Shown: positions 22,709-33,875 of the stretch, in pieces
Layout of the letters: the number at the start of each line of letters is the position of its first letter
Position numbering within the stretch: the first letter of the stretch is position 1
NCBI GenBank assembly: GCA_018670435.1
Contig: JABHRC010000037.1
Span: 25,467-89,466, forward strand
Source of the DNA: Gammaproteobacteria bacterium
Lineage (GTDB): Bacteria > Pseudomonadota > Gammaproteobacteria > GCA-002705445 > GCA-002716945
Direction of reading: 5' to 3'
DNA: 64,000 nt
Position numbers and translations under genes: made by a program
Notes under the pieces: generated by a model
What the model saw: only the letters and a program-made list of their open reading frames with translations
Told to the model about the DNA's origin: nothing
Databases searched by the model: none

Positions 22709-23434
22709 TTATTTTACGTCCTTCCAGTATTCAATCTTTAGCAAAAATGCTAAGAATGAAAAAATTGCTAGGAAGAGTATAACCCAAAAACCAATTCTAT
22801 ATCGGTCTAATTGAGCAGGTTCAGACACATAAGCGAGGAAATTGACTAAATCAGTCATCGATTTTTGATATTCCTTATCTGTCATGGTGCCTTTAATGAT
22901 ATATTGATATTGATCTTTTTCTAGGTTAACTGGCTTTTTCAAGCCTTCCATCCAAGATAAAACATGAGGCATACCAACATTAGGATATAATGCATTATTA
23001 ACACCTAGAGGTCTTGTGTCATCTTTATAGAAAGATGTTAGGAATGTATAAAGCCATTCTGTTCCTCTTGATCTAGCAATTAATGTTAAATCCGGCGGCA
23101 TAACACCGAACGCTTCTTTAGCTGAATCGGGGTTTACTGCATTTAACATCAGAGATCCGATTTTTGTGGGTTCGCCATTCTTACCTGTGGTAAATATTAA
23201 ATTATTTTCAATTGTTTCTTTAGAGAGTGAAAGATGATCAATAAATTTAACATAGCGCTGATATTTTAAAGTATGACAACCAAGACAGTTATTAACATAG
23301 ATTTGAGCACCTCTTTGAAGAGAGGCCTTATTATTTAAGTCTATTAGTACAGGTTTCAATGGAATGGAACCTGTTGCCGCGAAAGTGACAGTAGATGTAA
23401 AAATCAAAAGCATGCCTATAAATATTCTAATCAT
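22709..23434 (-). CDS. petC: Cytochrome c1 of the bc1 complex
   Basis: Signal peptide from the ATG at 23434 (MIRIFIGMLLIFTSTVTFAA), heme site CLGCHT and a C-terminal TM anchor; follows petB. Confidence 0.92.
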   Translation of the reverse strand: MIRIFIGMLLIFTSTVTFAATGSIPLKPVLIDLNNKASLQRGAQIYVNNCLGCHTLKYQRYVKFIDHLSLSKETIENNLIFTTGKNGEPTKIGSLMLNAVNPDSAKEAFGVMPPDLTLIARSRGTEWLYTFLTSFYKDDTRPLGVNNALYPNVGMPHVLSWMEGLKKPVNLEKDQYQYIIKGTMTDKEYQKSMTDLVNFLAYVSEPAQLDRYRIGFWVILFLAIFSFLAFLLKIEYWKDVK

Positions 23435-24644
23435 GCATTGTAACTCTTTCTGGTGGCTCTTTAGTTTTTTCATTCGCACTTGTAAAGTATAGAGCTACAA
23501 AAAACCCAAAATAAATGAATGTGAATAGTCGCCCAATCCAAGTTAATACGGGAGTAGCAGGATTCATTCCAATATATCCTAAACCAAAAAAACTGATTAC
23601 GAAAAGCATTAAAAGTACTTTGTATGACATACCTCGGTATCTTATAGATTTTACTGAACACCTATCAATCCAAGGCAGAATAAATAGAACAAAGATTGCG
23701 GCACCCATTGCAAGAACTCCTCCAACTTTATCAGGAATAGCACGGAGAATTGCATAAAAAGGTGTGAAATACCATACAGGTACTATATGCTCAGGAGTTT
23801 TCAGAGGATCGGCTGGCACAAAATTATCTTTCTCTAGGAAATAACCTCCTAGTTCTGGCATAAAAAATACTACGAATGTAAAAATAAGCAAAAACACAGA
23901 TAAGCCAAATATATCTTTAACTGTATAATATGGATGAAAAGGAATTCCATCTAACGGGACTCCATTTGTATCTTTATTCTTTTTAATCTCGATTCCGTCA
24001 GGGTTATTTGACCCATTGGTATGAAGAGCTGCTAAATGTAAATAAATAAGAGCGAATAATAATAATGGGAGAGCAATTACATGAAACGCAAAAAATCTAT
24101 TTAGAGTAGCATCTGAAATTACAAAGTCTCCTCTAATCCATAATGCTAAGGATTCTCCAACATATGGAATGGCACCAAATAAAGATATAATTACTTGAGC
24201 TCCCCAATATGACATTTGACCCCATGGCAATAAATAGCCCATAAAAGCTTCTGCCATTAAAAGCACAAAAATAAGCATTCCAAAGAGCCATAAAAGCTCT
24301 CTAGGGTTTTTGTATGAACCATACAGCATGGCTCTAAACATATGAAGATAAATAACTACAAAAAAGAATGATGCCCCAGTTGAATGCAAGTATCTAATGA
24401 GCCAGCCCCATTCTACATCTCTCATTATATATTCTACAGAGGCAAATGCAGAGGCTGCGTCAGGTTTATAATTGATAGTTAAAAAAATCCCAGTAACAAT
24501 TTGAAGAATGAATATGAAAATAGCTAGAGCACCAAAATAATAAAAGAAATTAAAGTTTTTTGGAGCATAATATTGCGATAAATGATTTTTAACAAAATTA
24601 CTTACAGGTAATCTTTCGTCAATCCATGCCATAAACTTACTCAT
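23427..24644 (-). CDS. petB: Cytochrome b of the bc1 complex
   Basis: 405 aa polytopic protein with cytochrome b signatures (WGWLIRYLHSTGAS, PEWYF-like VPVWYFTPFY). Confidence 0.96.
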   Translation of the reverse strand: MSKFMAWIDERLPVSNFVKNHLSQYYAPKNFNFFYYFGALAIFIFILQIVTGIFLTINYKPDAASAFASVEYIMRDVEWGWLIRYLHSTGASFFFVVIYLHMFRAMLYGSYKNPRELLWLFGMLIFVLLMAEAFMGYLLPWGQMSYWGAQVIISLFGAIPYVGESLALWIRGDFVISDATLNRFFAFHVIALPLLLFALIYLHLAALHTNGSNNPDGIEIKKNKDTNGVPLDGIPFHPYYTVKDIFGLSVFLLIFTFVVFFMPELGGYFLEKDNFVPADPLKTPEHIVPVWYFTPFYAILRAIPDKVGGVLAMGAAIFVLFILPWIDRCSVKSIRYRGMSYKVLLMLFVISFFGLGYIGMNPATPVLTWIGRLFTFIYFGFFVALYFTSANEKTKEPPERVTMHD

Positions 24645-25237
24645 TAGCTTTTTTCTCCATCTTCACCAACAATTATTTTGTTATCTGATGCAAAATAATA
24701 TGGCGGGACTTCTAAATTCGAAGGTGCTGGCATAGCTTTGTGAACTCTGCCAGATAAATCAAATTTCGAACCATGACAAGGACAAAAGAAACCTCCATTC
24801 CAATCCAAGCCTAACTCCGCAGATTTGGCATTTGGTTTATATAAAGGGGAACAACCTAGATGAGTGCATACACCTACCAAAACTAAAAATTCTGGATTAA
24901 TAGATCTATACTTATTTTTTGTGTAAATTGGCTGATGTTCTTCAAGAGATTTTGGGTCACTTAAAACTTTATCATCTTCAAGAGTATTTTTGATCATTTC
25001 TTCGGTTCTTCTTACAACCCATACTGGCTTACCTCTCCATTCAACAACTTTATAAGATCCAGGTCTTAATGCTGATACGTCTATTTCTATGGGGGCACCT
25101 GCAGCCTTTGCTTTTTCGCTCGGAGACATTGTAGATAAAAATGGGATTACAGCGAATACTCCTCCGACTCCAGCCATTACTTGGGTCAAGTTAGTCAGAA
25201 ATTTCCTTCTGTTTGATGGTTTATTTGAGTCGCTCAT
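24644..25237 (-). CDS. petA: Ubiquinol-cytochrome c reductase Rieske iron-sulfur subunit
   Basis: Tat-type signal (NRRKFL) from the ATG at 25237; Rieske boxes CTHLGC and CPCHGS. Confidence 0.95.
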   Translation of the reverse strand: MSDSNKPSNRRKFLTNLTQVMAGVGGVFAVIPFLSTMSPSEKAKAAGAPIEIDVSALRPGSYKVVEWRGKPVWVVRRTEEMIKNTLEDDKVLSDPKSLEEHQPIYTKNKYRSINPEFLVLVGVCTHLGCSPLYKPNAKSAELGLDWNGGFFCPCHGSKFDLSGRVHKAMPAPSNLEVPPYYFASDNKIIVGEDGEKS

Positions 25238-25368
25238 CTGTATTACAAAAAAGTTGGTATTTCTTAATCGCGTATATCCTATCATATATTTAATGATGTG
25301 TCTTATAGTAATATATAATATAGTTATTAATTATTTAATATCTTAATTTTTAAGAGGTAAATTAGTAA

Positions 25369-26436
25369 ATGAGAGAAATACGTGGGTATATAATTGTAGG
25401 GATAATAACTGCAGTTATTATATATATGATTAGTCCATATATGTTTGGCAATCGCGTTCAAATCAAAGAATCTAGTACCAAACCATTACAAAATAAGGCT
25501 CATAGCTATGCTGATGTTTTCAAGAAAGTTAATAAATCGGTAGTCTCAATTTATACAAGAAAATCTACGACCAGTAATAACGTATATTTCATAGACCCTA
25601 GAAAAAAAGCGCTTATAAAAAAAGATTACTCACCTTCCGGTCAGGGTTCGGGTGTTATCGTTAGTAATCAAGGTCATGTAATTACTAATTTTCATGTAAT
25701 TGCAGGCTCAGATGAAATTTTAATTAGAGACTATAATGGTAATGAATATGGTACTGCCATTATAGGCATTGATCCACTGACTGATCTAGCAATATTAAAA
25801 ATTAATAAAAGTACCATTCCAATCACGCTAGGTAAGATTGAAAATATAAACATTGGAGATATTGCTTTAGCAATAGGTAACCCGCTAGGTGTTGGTCAAA
25901 CAATAACGTTGGGTATTATTTCTGCAACTGACAAAGAAGTTACACCTAATGCATATGCTTATCAAAGATATGTCCAGACAGATGCAGCTATTAATCCTGG
26001 CAATTCAGGAGGAGCATTAGTTAACTCAAATGGTGAATTAATTGGAATAAATACTGCTATAATTTCCATTTCTGGAGGTGCTGATGGTATAGGGTTTGCA
26101 ATACCAATAGATATTGCAAAGAATGTTATAAGTGAAATAATCGAAAATGGTGAAGTTATTAGAGGCTATGTAGGAATATCAGCTGAACCTAATTATAGAG
26201 GCATAGGTATATTGGTTAATGGTGTTGTTTCTAACAGCCCAGCTGACAAAGCCGGTATCAGGGCAAATGATATTATTAAAAAAGTAAATAACATTTCTGT
26301 AACTGAAATCAAAGAAATTCAAAAAATAATTGGAATGGTTAGGCCCGGACAAAATTTATCAATGTATATTCAAAGAAATAAAAACATTATGAAAGTGAAT
26401 GTTTTAGTTTCAAAAATGGACTATAAATCTAGGTAA
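25369..26436 (+). CDS. degS: DegS-like periplasmic serine endoprotease (one PDZ domain)
   Basis: N-terminal TM anchor, trypsin-like triad context (TNFHV, D..LLK-like, GNSGGAL) and a single C-terminal PDZ; 355 aa. Confidence 0.85.
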   Translation: MREIRGYIIVGIITAVIIYMISPYMFGNRVQIKESSTKPLQNKAHSYADVFKKVNKSVVSIYTRKSTTSNNVYFIDPRKKALIKKDYSPSGQGSGVIVSNQGHVITNFHVIAGSDEILIRDYNGNEYGTAIIGIDPLTDLAILKINKSTIPITLGKIENINIGDIALAIGNPLGVGQTITLGIISATDKEVTPNAYAYQRYVQTDAAINPGNSGGALVNSNGELIGINTAIISISGGADGIGFAIPIDIAKNVISEIIENGEVIRGYVGISAEPNYRGIGILVNGVVSNSPADKAGIRANDIIKKVNNISVTEIKEIQKIIGMVRPGQNLSMYIQRNKNIMKVNVLVSKMDYKSR

Positions 26437-26437
26437 A

Positions 26438-27736
26438 TTATTTGTCTCTATATTTTGCAGCAAGTGCGTGTGCCTGCAAACCTTCTGACAGTGCAATAGA
26501 TACAGATATTTTGCTCAATGCTGTTGCTGTTTTTCTAGAAATACTTATTAAGCTAGACCTTTTTTGAAAATCATATACACCTAAAGGGGATGAAAATCTT
26601 GCAGAGCCAGAAGTGGGTAAAACATGGTTAGGGCCAGCGCAATAATCCCCAAATACTTCAGGAGTGTATTCTCCTAAAAATATGGCACCTGCATTAGTAA
26701 TCAATTTTAGCAAATCTTTTTTATTTTTTGACATTATTTCTAAATGCTCCGGGGCAATGCGATTAACTATTGATGCAATTTCTTTCATATTTTTTGCTTT
26801 AATATACATTCCTCTGGAATTGAAAGATTTTAAAATAATATCTTTTCTAAGCATTGAGGGAAGGATCTTTTCTACAGACTTATGGACATCATTAAGCAAT
26901 TTCATGCTTGAGCTAATTAAGATTGGCTGAGCTAACTCATCATGTTCAGCTTGTGAAAATAAATCCATAGCAATCCAGTCTGGTTTATTAGTAGAGTCAG
27001 CAACTATAACTATCTCTGAAGGACCAGCTATATTATCTATGCCCACGTCACCAAAAACAGTCTTTTTTGCTAAAGTTACATATATGTTTCCAGGGCCAAC
27101 AATTTTATCAACTTTACCAATATGCTTCGTACCATATGTCAATGCTGCAATAGCATGAGCTCCACCCATCCTTAATATTGCATCTACTCCGCATAAATCA
27201 GCCGCAACAATTGCTAATGCATGATCTTCAATTTGTGATATAGGGCAAGCCATAACTATGTTTTTAACACCCGCAATTTTAGCCGGTATGGTATTCATCA
27301 AAACGGTGGATGGGTAAGAAGCTTTTCCGGCAGGAACATATATCCCAACTGTTTCAATCGGAGTAACCTTCTCGCCGAGAATAGTACCGTCTTTTTTGTC
27401 ACTCCAGCTTTCTGCTTTTTGTTTTTTTGAAAAATCACGAATCCTTTTTATAGATTTTTTTAGATTAGAAACCTGAAGTTTGTCTACATATGTATATGCC
27501 TCTTTTATTTCATCAGAAGAAATTAAAATATCTTTAATTCTTTTTATATCATAATTATCAAATTTTTTAATAAAGCCCATTAACGCCTTATCACCATCTT
27601 TTCTTATACTTGATATGATTAAATCAACTTTCTTTTGTACTTTTTTATTTGCACTGTCATTAATACCAATCCTGTCTGAAATTTTTTTTTCAAAATCTTT
27701 TTTTGATGTATCAATTCTTAGCGGATTAATTTTCAT
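26438..27736 (-). CDS. hisD: Histidinol dehydrogenase
   Basis: 432 aa with family motifs (GPGNIYV, SQAEHD, GDY.AGPNHVLPT). Confidence 0.95.
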   Translation of the reverse strand: MKINPLRIDTSKKDFEKKISDRIGINDSANKKVQKKVDLIISSIRKDGDKALMGFIKKFDNYDIKRIKDILISSDEIKEAYTYVDKLQVSNLKKSIKRIRDFSKKQKAESWSDKKDGTILGEKVTPIETVGIYVPAGKASYPSTVLMNTIPAKIAGVKNIVMACPISQIEDHALAIVAADLCGVDAILRMGGAHAIAALTYGTKHIGKVDKIVGPGNIYVTLAKKTVFGDVGIDNIAGPSEIVIVADSTNKPDWIAMDLFSQAEHDELAQPILISSSMKLLNDVHKSVEKILPSMLRKDIILKSFNSRGMYIKAKNMKEIASIVNRIAPEHLEIMSKNKKDLLKLITNAGAIFLGEYTPEVFGDYCAGPNHVLPTSGSARFSSPLGVYDFQKRSSLISISRKTATALSKISVSIALSEGLQAHALAAKYRDK

Positions 27737-28794
27737 GATATCTTTTTCTTGCTAATAGCATAATCTAGCATATCAATTAGTTCCTCAGTTTCACTCCATC
27801 CAATACATGCATCCGTGATACTTTGACCATATACAAGCGTACTCTTAATGCCAATATCTTGTCTCCCTGCTACTAAATTACTCTCTAACATTACTCCACA
27901 TATTGAATTATTGCCTTCTGAGATTTGATTAGATATATCTTCAATAACTAATCTCTGTTTGGTATGATCTTTTTGACTATTTGCATGACTAGCATCGATC
28001 ATGATATTGTTCGAAAGTTTATTTTTTATTAGTGACTCAGAAACGTTAGTAATATCTACTTTCTGATAATTAATTTTCTTTCCTCCACGCAATATTATAT
28101 GACAATCTATATTCCCAGATGTTGAAAAAATAGCTGATTTACCCTCCTTAGTAACAGATAAAAAATTATGAGCTTTACTAGCTGCCTTAATTGCATCAAT
28201 AGCTATCTGGATGCCACCATCTGTGCCGTTTTTAAAACCTACTGGACAAGACAAACCTGACGCTAGTTCCCTATGACTCTGGCTCTCAGTTGTTCTGGCC
28301 CCTATCGCGCCCCAACAAATTACATCGGAAATATACTGAGGACTAATAAGATCTAAATATTCATGTCCTGCTGGTATACCCGACTCTGCTAAATTAATCA
28401 GTAATTTTCTAGCAATCTTAATACCTTTATTTATATTAAAACTGTTATCCAGATCCGGATCATTAATTAACCCTTTCCACCCAATAACTGTTCTTGGTTT
28501 TTCAAAGTATACTCTCATGATAATAAGAATATTTTTTTCTACCTTTTTTTTAATTTTAAGTAATTTCTCTGCATACTCATGAGCAGCATCGACATCATGA
28601 ATTGAGCAAGGCCCAACTACTAGAATTAATCTTTCATCTTTTCCATTAAGTATATTGATAATATCTGATCGCGTCTCAACAACGGTATTAATAGCCTTAT
28701 CTGTCATTGGCAATTGCTTTATCAAATCACTTGGTGATATCAACTCCTTCATCGAAGAAATTTTTAAATCATCTGTTAATTTACTTATTGTCAT
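27733..28794 (-). CDS. 3-deoxy-7-phosphoheptulonate (DAHP) synthase, class I alpha
   Basis: Near-colinear by-eye match to E. coli AroG as I recall it (GPCSIHD, MRVYFEKPRT.IGWKGLINDP, WGAIGARTTESQ.HRELASGLSCPVGFKNGTDG, SITDACIGW). Which isozyme (G/F/H) is not determinable. Confidence 0.93.
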   Translation of the reverse strand: MTISKLTDDLKISSMKELISPSDLIKQLPMTDKAINTVVETRSDIINILNGKDERLILVVGPCSIHDVDAAHEYAEKLLKIKKKVEKNILIIMRVYFEKPRTVIGWKGLINDPDLDNSFNINKGIKIARKLLINLAESGIPAGHEYLDLISPQYISDVICWGAIGARTTESQSHRELASGLSCPVGFKNGTDGGIQIAIDAIKAASKAHNFLSVTKEGKSAIFSTSGNIDCHIILRGGKKINYQKVDITNVSESLIKNKLSNNIMIDASHANSQKDHTKQRLVIEDISNQISEGNNSICGVMLESNLVAGRQDIGIKSTLVYGQSITDACIGWSETEELIDMLDYAISKKKIS

Positions 28795-29414
28795 TATTGA
28801 TCCAGGTTTATTTTATTAAAAAATTTATTAATTTGCTCTCTATTAACTTTATATGATGTTTTATTAACTATCAGTACAGATGAAATTTTCTCAATAGTCT
28901 CTATTTCGACAAGTCCATTCTGCTTTAATGTTTGTCCTGATTCTACAAGGTCAACTATTACATCAGACATACCTAGTACGGAAGCTAATTCTATTGAGCC
29001 ATAAAGCTTCAAAACAGAACATGGAATACCTTTGCTTTGGAAGTATTTTTTCGTTATAGAAGGGTATTTTGTTGCGACCTTCATGTTACTCATCAACTTA
29101 GTACCTTTTTTACCGGCAATCACCATCTTACAAGAAGCAATATTCAAGTCTTTTATTCTTAAATGATTGCTTAAATCAGTTTCCAGCAATGTATCCTTGC
29201 CAACAATTCCAAAATCTACCTTCCCCGACTCAATGTATATTGGCACATCACTCGCTCTGACGATTATGATATTTAAATTTTTGTAATTAGTTTCAAAAAT
29301 GAGCTTTCTAGACTCGAAAGGAGACTCTTTACATTCTACCCCTGAGTTCTTTAAAATTTTTAGAGCTTCCTCTAAAATTCTTCCTTTTGATATTGCTAGT
29401 AATAATTTCTTCAT
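28794..29414 (-). CDS. hisG: ATP phosphoribosyltransferase (short form)
   Basis: 206 aa starting MKKLLLAISKGRILEE; murA-hisG-hisD context. Confidence 0.9.
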   Translation of the reverse strand: MKKLLLAISKGRILEEALKILKNSGVECKESPFESRKLIFETNYKNLNIIIVRASDVPIYIESGKVDFGIVGKDTLLETDLSNHLRIKDLNIASCKMVIAGKKGTKLMSNMKVATKYPSITKKYFQSKGIPCSVLKLYGSIELASVLGMSDVIVDLVESGQTLKQNGLVEIETIEKISSVLIVNKTSYKVNREQINKFFNKINLDQ

Positions 29415-29431
29415 TTTATGTCTACTTGTCC

Positions 29432-30694
29432 TTACATTGGAACTCTATCTATATTGGCTCCAAGTTGTCGTAATTTCTCTTCTATACAATCATATCCTCT
29501 GTCTATATGGTATATTCTTTCAATTTCTGTTGTACCCGAAGCTATTAATCCAGCTAATATTAAACTTGCAGAAGCTCTAAGGTCTGTGGCCATTACTGAC
29601 GCACCTACGAGCTTCTCAATACCTGATATTATTGCACAATTTTTTTCCAACCTTATATCTGCCCCCATTCTAGTCATTTCCTGTACATGCATAAAGCGAT
29701 TTTCAAAAATATTTTCTTTAATGATGCTGGTTCCTGTTGCAACTGTATTTAATGCTGTCAACTGAGCCTGCATATCTGTAGGGAAAAGCGGGTAAGGTCC
29801 TGTTTCAATATCTACCGACATTGGTCTTTTACCTTTCATATCTAAAGTCACGGAATTTTCAGTTGTCGTTACATGAGCCCCAGAATCCTTAAGCTTATCT
29901 ATAATTGTTCTCACATGAGAAGAAATCGTATTTTTTACAGTAACATGTCCACCGGTTATAGCGGCTGCAACCAAGAAGGTACCTGTCTCAATTCTGTCAG
30001 GTAAAGCTGTATAAGATACACCTCTTAATGTGTCCACTCCATCGATCTCAATTATATCTGTACCATGTCCGGTAATTGATGCTCCCATTTTATTTAAGAA
30101 ATTAGCAAGGTCGACAACTTCCGGCTCTCTTGCAGCATTGGAGATAATTGTTTTACCTTGAGCTAATGTAGAGGCCATCAAAATATTCTCTGTGCCAGTT
30201 ACAGTTGTTTTTAAAAATCTTATTTCTGAGCCGACTAATTTTTTACTAGATGCTGTAATATATCCATTATCTATATTTATAGATGCTCCCATCTGACTTA
30301 AAGCATCAAGATGCATTTCAACTGGCCTAGTTCCAATCGCACACCCTCCAGGCAAAGAAACCTTAGCAGTGCCAAATTTTGCTAATAGTGGCCCTAAGAC
30401 TAAAATTGACGATCTCATGGTTTTCACTAAATCATAAGGTGCATAGAAGTTATTTATCGTTGAAGAGTCAAGTTTTATATCCATATTGTCATCTAATGTG
30501 ACGCTTACACCCATTTGACGTAACAGTCTTACAGTGGTGGTAACATCATGAAGATGAGGTATATTTTTAAGAGTTACACATGTATTGGAAGCCATAACAG
30601 AAGCACATAGCATTGGTAATACAGCGTTTTTAGCGCCTGAAACAGATACTTCGCCAATTAATGGCACTCCACCTTTTATAATTAATTTATCCAT
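29432..30694 (-). CDS. murA: UDP-N-acetylglucosamine 1-carboxyvinyltransferase
   Basis: [10 protein letters not shown] and the active-site loop [12 protein letters not shown]; 420 aa. Confidence 0.96.
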   Translation of the reverse strand: MDKLIIKGGVPLIGEVSVSGAKNAVLPMLCASVMASNTCVTLKNIPHLHDVTTTVRLLRQMGVSVTLDDNMDIKLDSSTINNFYAPYDLVKTMRSSILVLGPLLAKFGTAKVSLPGGCAIGTRPVEMHLDALSQMGASINIDNGYITASSKKLVGSEIRFLKTTVTGTENILMASTLAQGKTIISNAAREPEVVDLANFLNKMGASITGHGTDIIEIDGVDTLRGVSYTALPDRIETGTFLVAAAITGGHVTVKNTISSHVRTIIDKLKDSGAHVTTTENSVTLDMKGKRPMSVDIETGPYPLFPTDMQAQLTALNTVATGTSIIKENIFENRFMHVQEMTRMGADIRLEKNCAIISGIEKLVGASVMATDLRASASLILAGLIASGTTEIERIYHIDRGYDCIEEKLRQLGANIDRVPM

Positions 30695-30752
30695 ATTTTT
30701 CTTTTAAAAACTTCTATGATTCGATATTCTAAATCTTATAAAGAATAATGCC

Positions 30753-33215
30753 ATGATTAAAAATTTTTCACACTTATATTTCTATTCGATTTTAAAAAAT
30801 CCCAAAAGAATGCTGTTAATTATGTTTGTCATTATGATAGGCATTGGCTCATATACCACAAATTTTAAACTTGATGCATCGGCTGACTCATTGATTCTAG
30901 AAAATGATAGTGACCTGCTGACATATAAAGATACTATCCAAAGGTACTCGACCAAAGATTTTATTGTAATGACGTATACACCTAAACAAGGAGAAATATT
31001 TGACAGGAATCATCTATTGCTTATTAAAAGACTGAAAGAAAAACTTTTGTCTATAAAGAATATATCATCAGTTGTGTCAATAATTGATGTTCCTTTGGTT
31101 CAAAGTTCCGAAACTTCTTTAACCGAAATGATAAATAATGTGCCAACTATCCTTTCAAAAGACATAGACATAGGTAAAGCGGAAAATGAAATACTTGCTA
31201 GTCCAATATATAAAAATCTTATAATCAGTAGTGATGGAACAACAACTGCAATACAAATAAATTTAAAGAGTAATGAAAACCTTATAGCTCTAAATGATCA
31301 AAAAAGAATTCTAACTAATAAAAAAATACATAATGATATTTCTGTAGAAGAAGAAATTATTCTTGCAAAAGTAAAACAAGAATATCTTGAAGAAAAAAAT
31401 TCACATAATGAAGATACACATAAGTTACTGAAATCAGTAAGATTAATTCAAACTCAATTTTCAGAAAAAAATAATGTTGAACTGAGACTTGGTGGAATCC
31501 CAATGATTGCAGATGACATGATTATGTATGTGAAAAATGATTTAATTAATTTTGGCCTAGGTGTCTTCCTCTTTATAGTAATAACTCTAATAATTATTTT
31601 TAGAAAACTGAAATGGGTTGTTTTACCAATACTAAGCTGTATCTATTCTGTATTATTTATGATCGGACTGCTTGGTCTACTAAACTGGCAAGTAACAGTA
31701 ATTTCTTCTAATTTTATTTCTCTTATGTTAATTCTAACTTTATCCATGAATATTCATTTAATTGTTAGGTATAGGCAATTATCTTCATCTAGCCCCAGCC
31801 AGTATGATGCAATTAGTTTAACAGTCCGACAAATGGTTTGGCCGTGTTTATATACAGCACTTACCACAATAGTAGCGTTTGCATCTCTGATACTAAGCGA
31901 TATAAAACCGGTGAGTGATTTTGGTTATATGATGACATTTGGGCTAATTGTTACATTCCTGACATCATTTATTCTTCTCCCCTGCATATTATCATTATTA
32001 GCAAAAGAAGAAGAAGATAATCATGAAAATAATTCTTTTGGATTTACAAAATTTCTTGCTTACTTAACAATTGATAAAGGCAAATATATTGTCACAACTA
32101 CACTTATTATTTTTCTATTAACAATTTATGGAGTTTCGCAACTACGTGTTGAAAATAGTTTTATTAATTACTTCAAATCCAATACAGAGATTTATAAAGG
32201 GATGAAGCAGATAGATAAAAAATTAGGTGGGACAACACCATTGGATATAGTGATTAAATTCGATGATAAAAAACAAATTTCATATGATGAAGAGTTTGGA
32301 GATGGCTTATTAGAGGATGACCAAGATCCTGATTCTCAATGGTTTACTGTTAAAAAAATTGATGAAATTAAAATAGTGCATGACTATTTAGACTCCCTTC
32401 CAGAAATCGGTAAAGTACTATCCCTTGCTTCATCTATCAGGGTTGCTGAACAATTAAATGAAAATGAACAATTAAGTGGCATGGAAATGGCCTTGTTATA
32501 CAAGAGAGTGCCTAAAGAAGTTAAAAGCATGGCTATAGATCCATATATTTCAATAGAAAATAATGAAGCTAGAATCAGCGCAAGAATACTTGACTCCAAA
32601 GAAGATATAAGAAGGAATGACTTGATTAATAAAATTGAAAATGACATGGAGAACAAACTAGGATTTGAGAAAGAATCATATTTCCTAACAGGAATATTAA
32701 TATTGTATAACAATATGCTTCAAAGTTTATTTGACTCTCAAATATTATCTCTTGGCTTTGTGATGATAGGAATCTTCTTTATGTTTTTAATTCTATTTAA
32801 GTCAGTAGTGTTGTCCATCATAGGGATAATACCAAATCTATTAGCAGCAACTTTTGTTTTAGGTTTAATGGGACTCATTAATCTTCCATTGGACATGATG
32901 ACTATCACTATTGCAGCTATAGCAATTGGTATCGCAGTAGATAATAGTATTCATTATATATATAGGTTTAGAGAAGAGTATAGAATCACTAAAAATTATG
33001 AATTATCACTATATAAATCACATGATAGTATTGGTAGGGCAATTTTTTTTACAAGCATTACAATCATATTTGGGTTTTCTATTCTAATAATGTCTAATTT
33101 TGTTCCAACAGTTATTTTTGGACTATTAACAGGGCTTGCAATGTTAATAGCTTTACTGGCCGTATTAACGCTTTTACCAAAGTTACTTATTTCACTTAAG
33201 CCATTTAAAAGCTAG
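30753..33215 (+). CDS. RND-superfamily exporter, MMPL/HpnN-like (two 6-TM bundles, two periplasmic loops)
   Basis: 820 aa. The hydrophobic segment pattern is 1+5 TM, large loop, 1+5 TM, and both halves end in similar TM blocks. The substrate is unknown. Confidence 0.75.
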   Translation: MIKNFSHLYFYSILKNPKRMLLIMFVIMIGIGSYTTNFKLDASADSLILENDSDLLTYKDTIQRYSTKDFIVMTYTPKQGEIFDRNHLLLIKRLKEKLLSIKNISSVVSIIDVPLVQSSETSLTEMINNVPTILSKDIDIGKAENEILASPIYKNLIISSDGTTTAIQINLKSNENLIALNDQKRILTNKKIHNDISVEEEIILAKVKQEYLEEKNSHNEDTHKLLKSVRLIQTQFSEKNNVELRLGGIPMIADDMIMYVKNDLINFGLGVFLFIVITLIIIFRKLKWVVLPILSCIYSVLFMIGLLGLLNWQVTVISSNFISLMLILTLSMNIHLIVRYRQLSSSSPSQYDAISLTVRQMVWPCLYTALTTIVAFASLILSDIKPVSDFGYMMTFGLIVTFLTSFILLPCILSLLAKEEEDNHENNSFGFTKFLAYLTIDKGKYIVTTTLIIFLLTIYGVSQLRVENSFINYFKSNTEIYKGMKQIDKKLGGTTPLDIVIKFDDKKQISYDEEFGDGLLEDDQDPDSQWFTVKKIDEIKIVHDYLDSLPEIGKVLSLASSIRVAEQLNENEQLSGMEMALLYKRVPKEVKSMAIDPYISIENNEARISARILDSKEDIRRNDLINKIENDMENKLGFEKESYFLTGILILYNNMLQSLFDSQILSLGFVMIGIFFMFLILFKSVVLSIIGIIPNLLAATFVLGLMGLINLPLDMMTITIAAIAIGIAVDNSIHYIYRFREEYRITKNYELSLYKSHDSIGRAIFFTSITIIFGFSILIMSNFVPTVIFGLLTGLAMLIALLAVLTLLPKLLISLKPFKS

Positions 33216-33227
33216 ACAAAATAAGAA

Positions 33228-33818
33228 TCAATTTTTCTCTTCAAGACTGCTTATCAAAGAGTTAATTCCGTTCTGATCAATGTGATTGCGAAAATCAGCA
33301 CGGTAATTCTTTACAAGGCTTATGCCATCTATAGTAATATCATAAACTTTCCATTGATCGGTCTTATTTAGCTTGAGATTATAATTTACAGAAATCTCGC
33401 CTTCTGGCAGTAGATATGTTGACTGTACTTTTGCTACTCCTGTTCTCTTACCCTTAAAATATGGTAAGAATGCTATCTTCTCCCCATCAAAAGCCGTGAG
33501 GGATTTCATATAAGTTCTAACCATTAGTCCTCTAAATGCCAAAACAAATTTTTTCCTCTGATAATCATTCATCGAAAGCCAATTTTTTTTGCCTAGAACT
33601 ATTTTTGACATTAACAATATATCAAGTTTAGGAGTAATTAACTCATCCACTTTAATCTGCAAAAATTTCTTATTGTTTTCTAACTCTCCCTTATTTTCAG
33701 AGATAAACTGAGAAACTTCCTTAACACTTTCTTTCAAAAAGACATCAGGCCTTTCCGCAGCATATATTAGCGTTGATAAAAACAAGAAAAAAGTTATTAT
33801 ATATTTAATTATATTCAT
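33228..33818 (-). CDS. mlaC: MlaC/Ttg2D-family periplasmic lipid-binding protein
   Basis: Signal peptide from the ATG at 33818 and the family signature ...WKVYDITIDGISLVKNYRADF.... Confidence 0.85.
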   Translation of the reverse strand: MNIIKYIITFFLFLSTLIYAAERPDVFLKESVKEVSQFISENKGELENNKKFLQIKVDELITPKLDILLMSKIVLGKKNWLSMNDYQRKKFVLAFRGLMVRTYMKSLTAFDGEKIAFLPYFKGKRTGVAKVQSTYLLPEGEISVNYNLKLNKTDQWKVYDITIDGISLVKNYRADFRNHIDQNGINSLISSLEEKN

Positions 33819-33875
33819 AGTTATATGTATAATATATATTATATTAAGTTTCACAGTGAATACAAAATAAAAATC

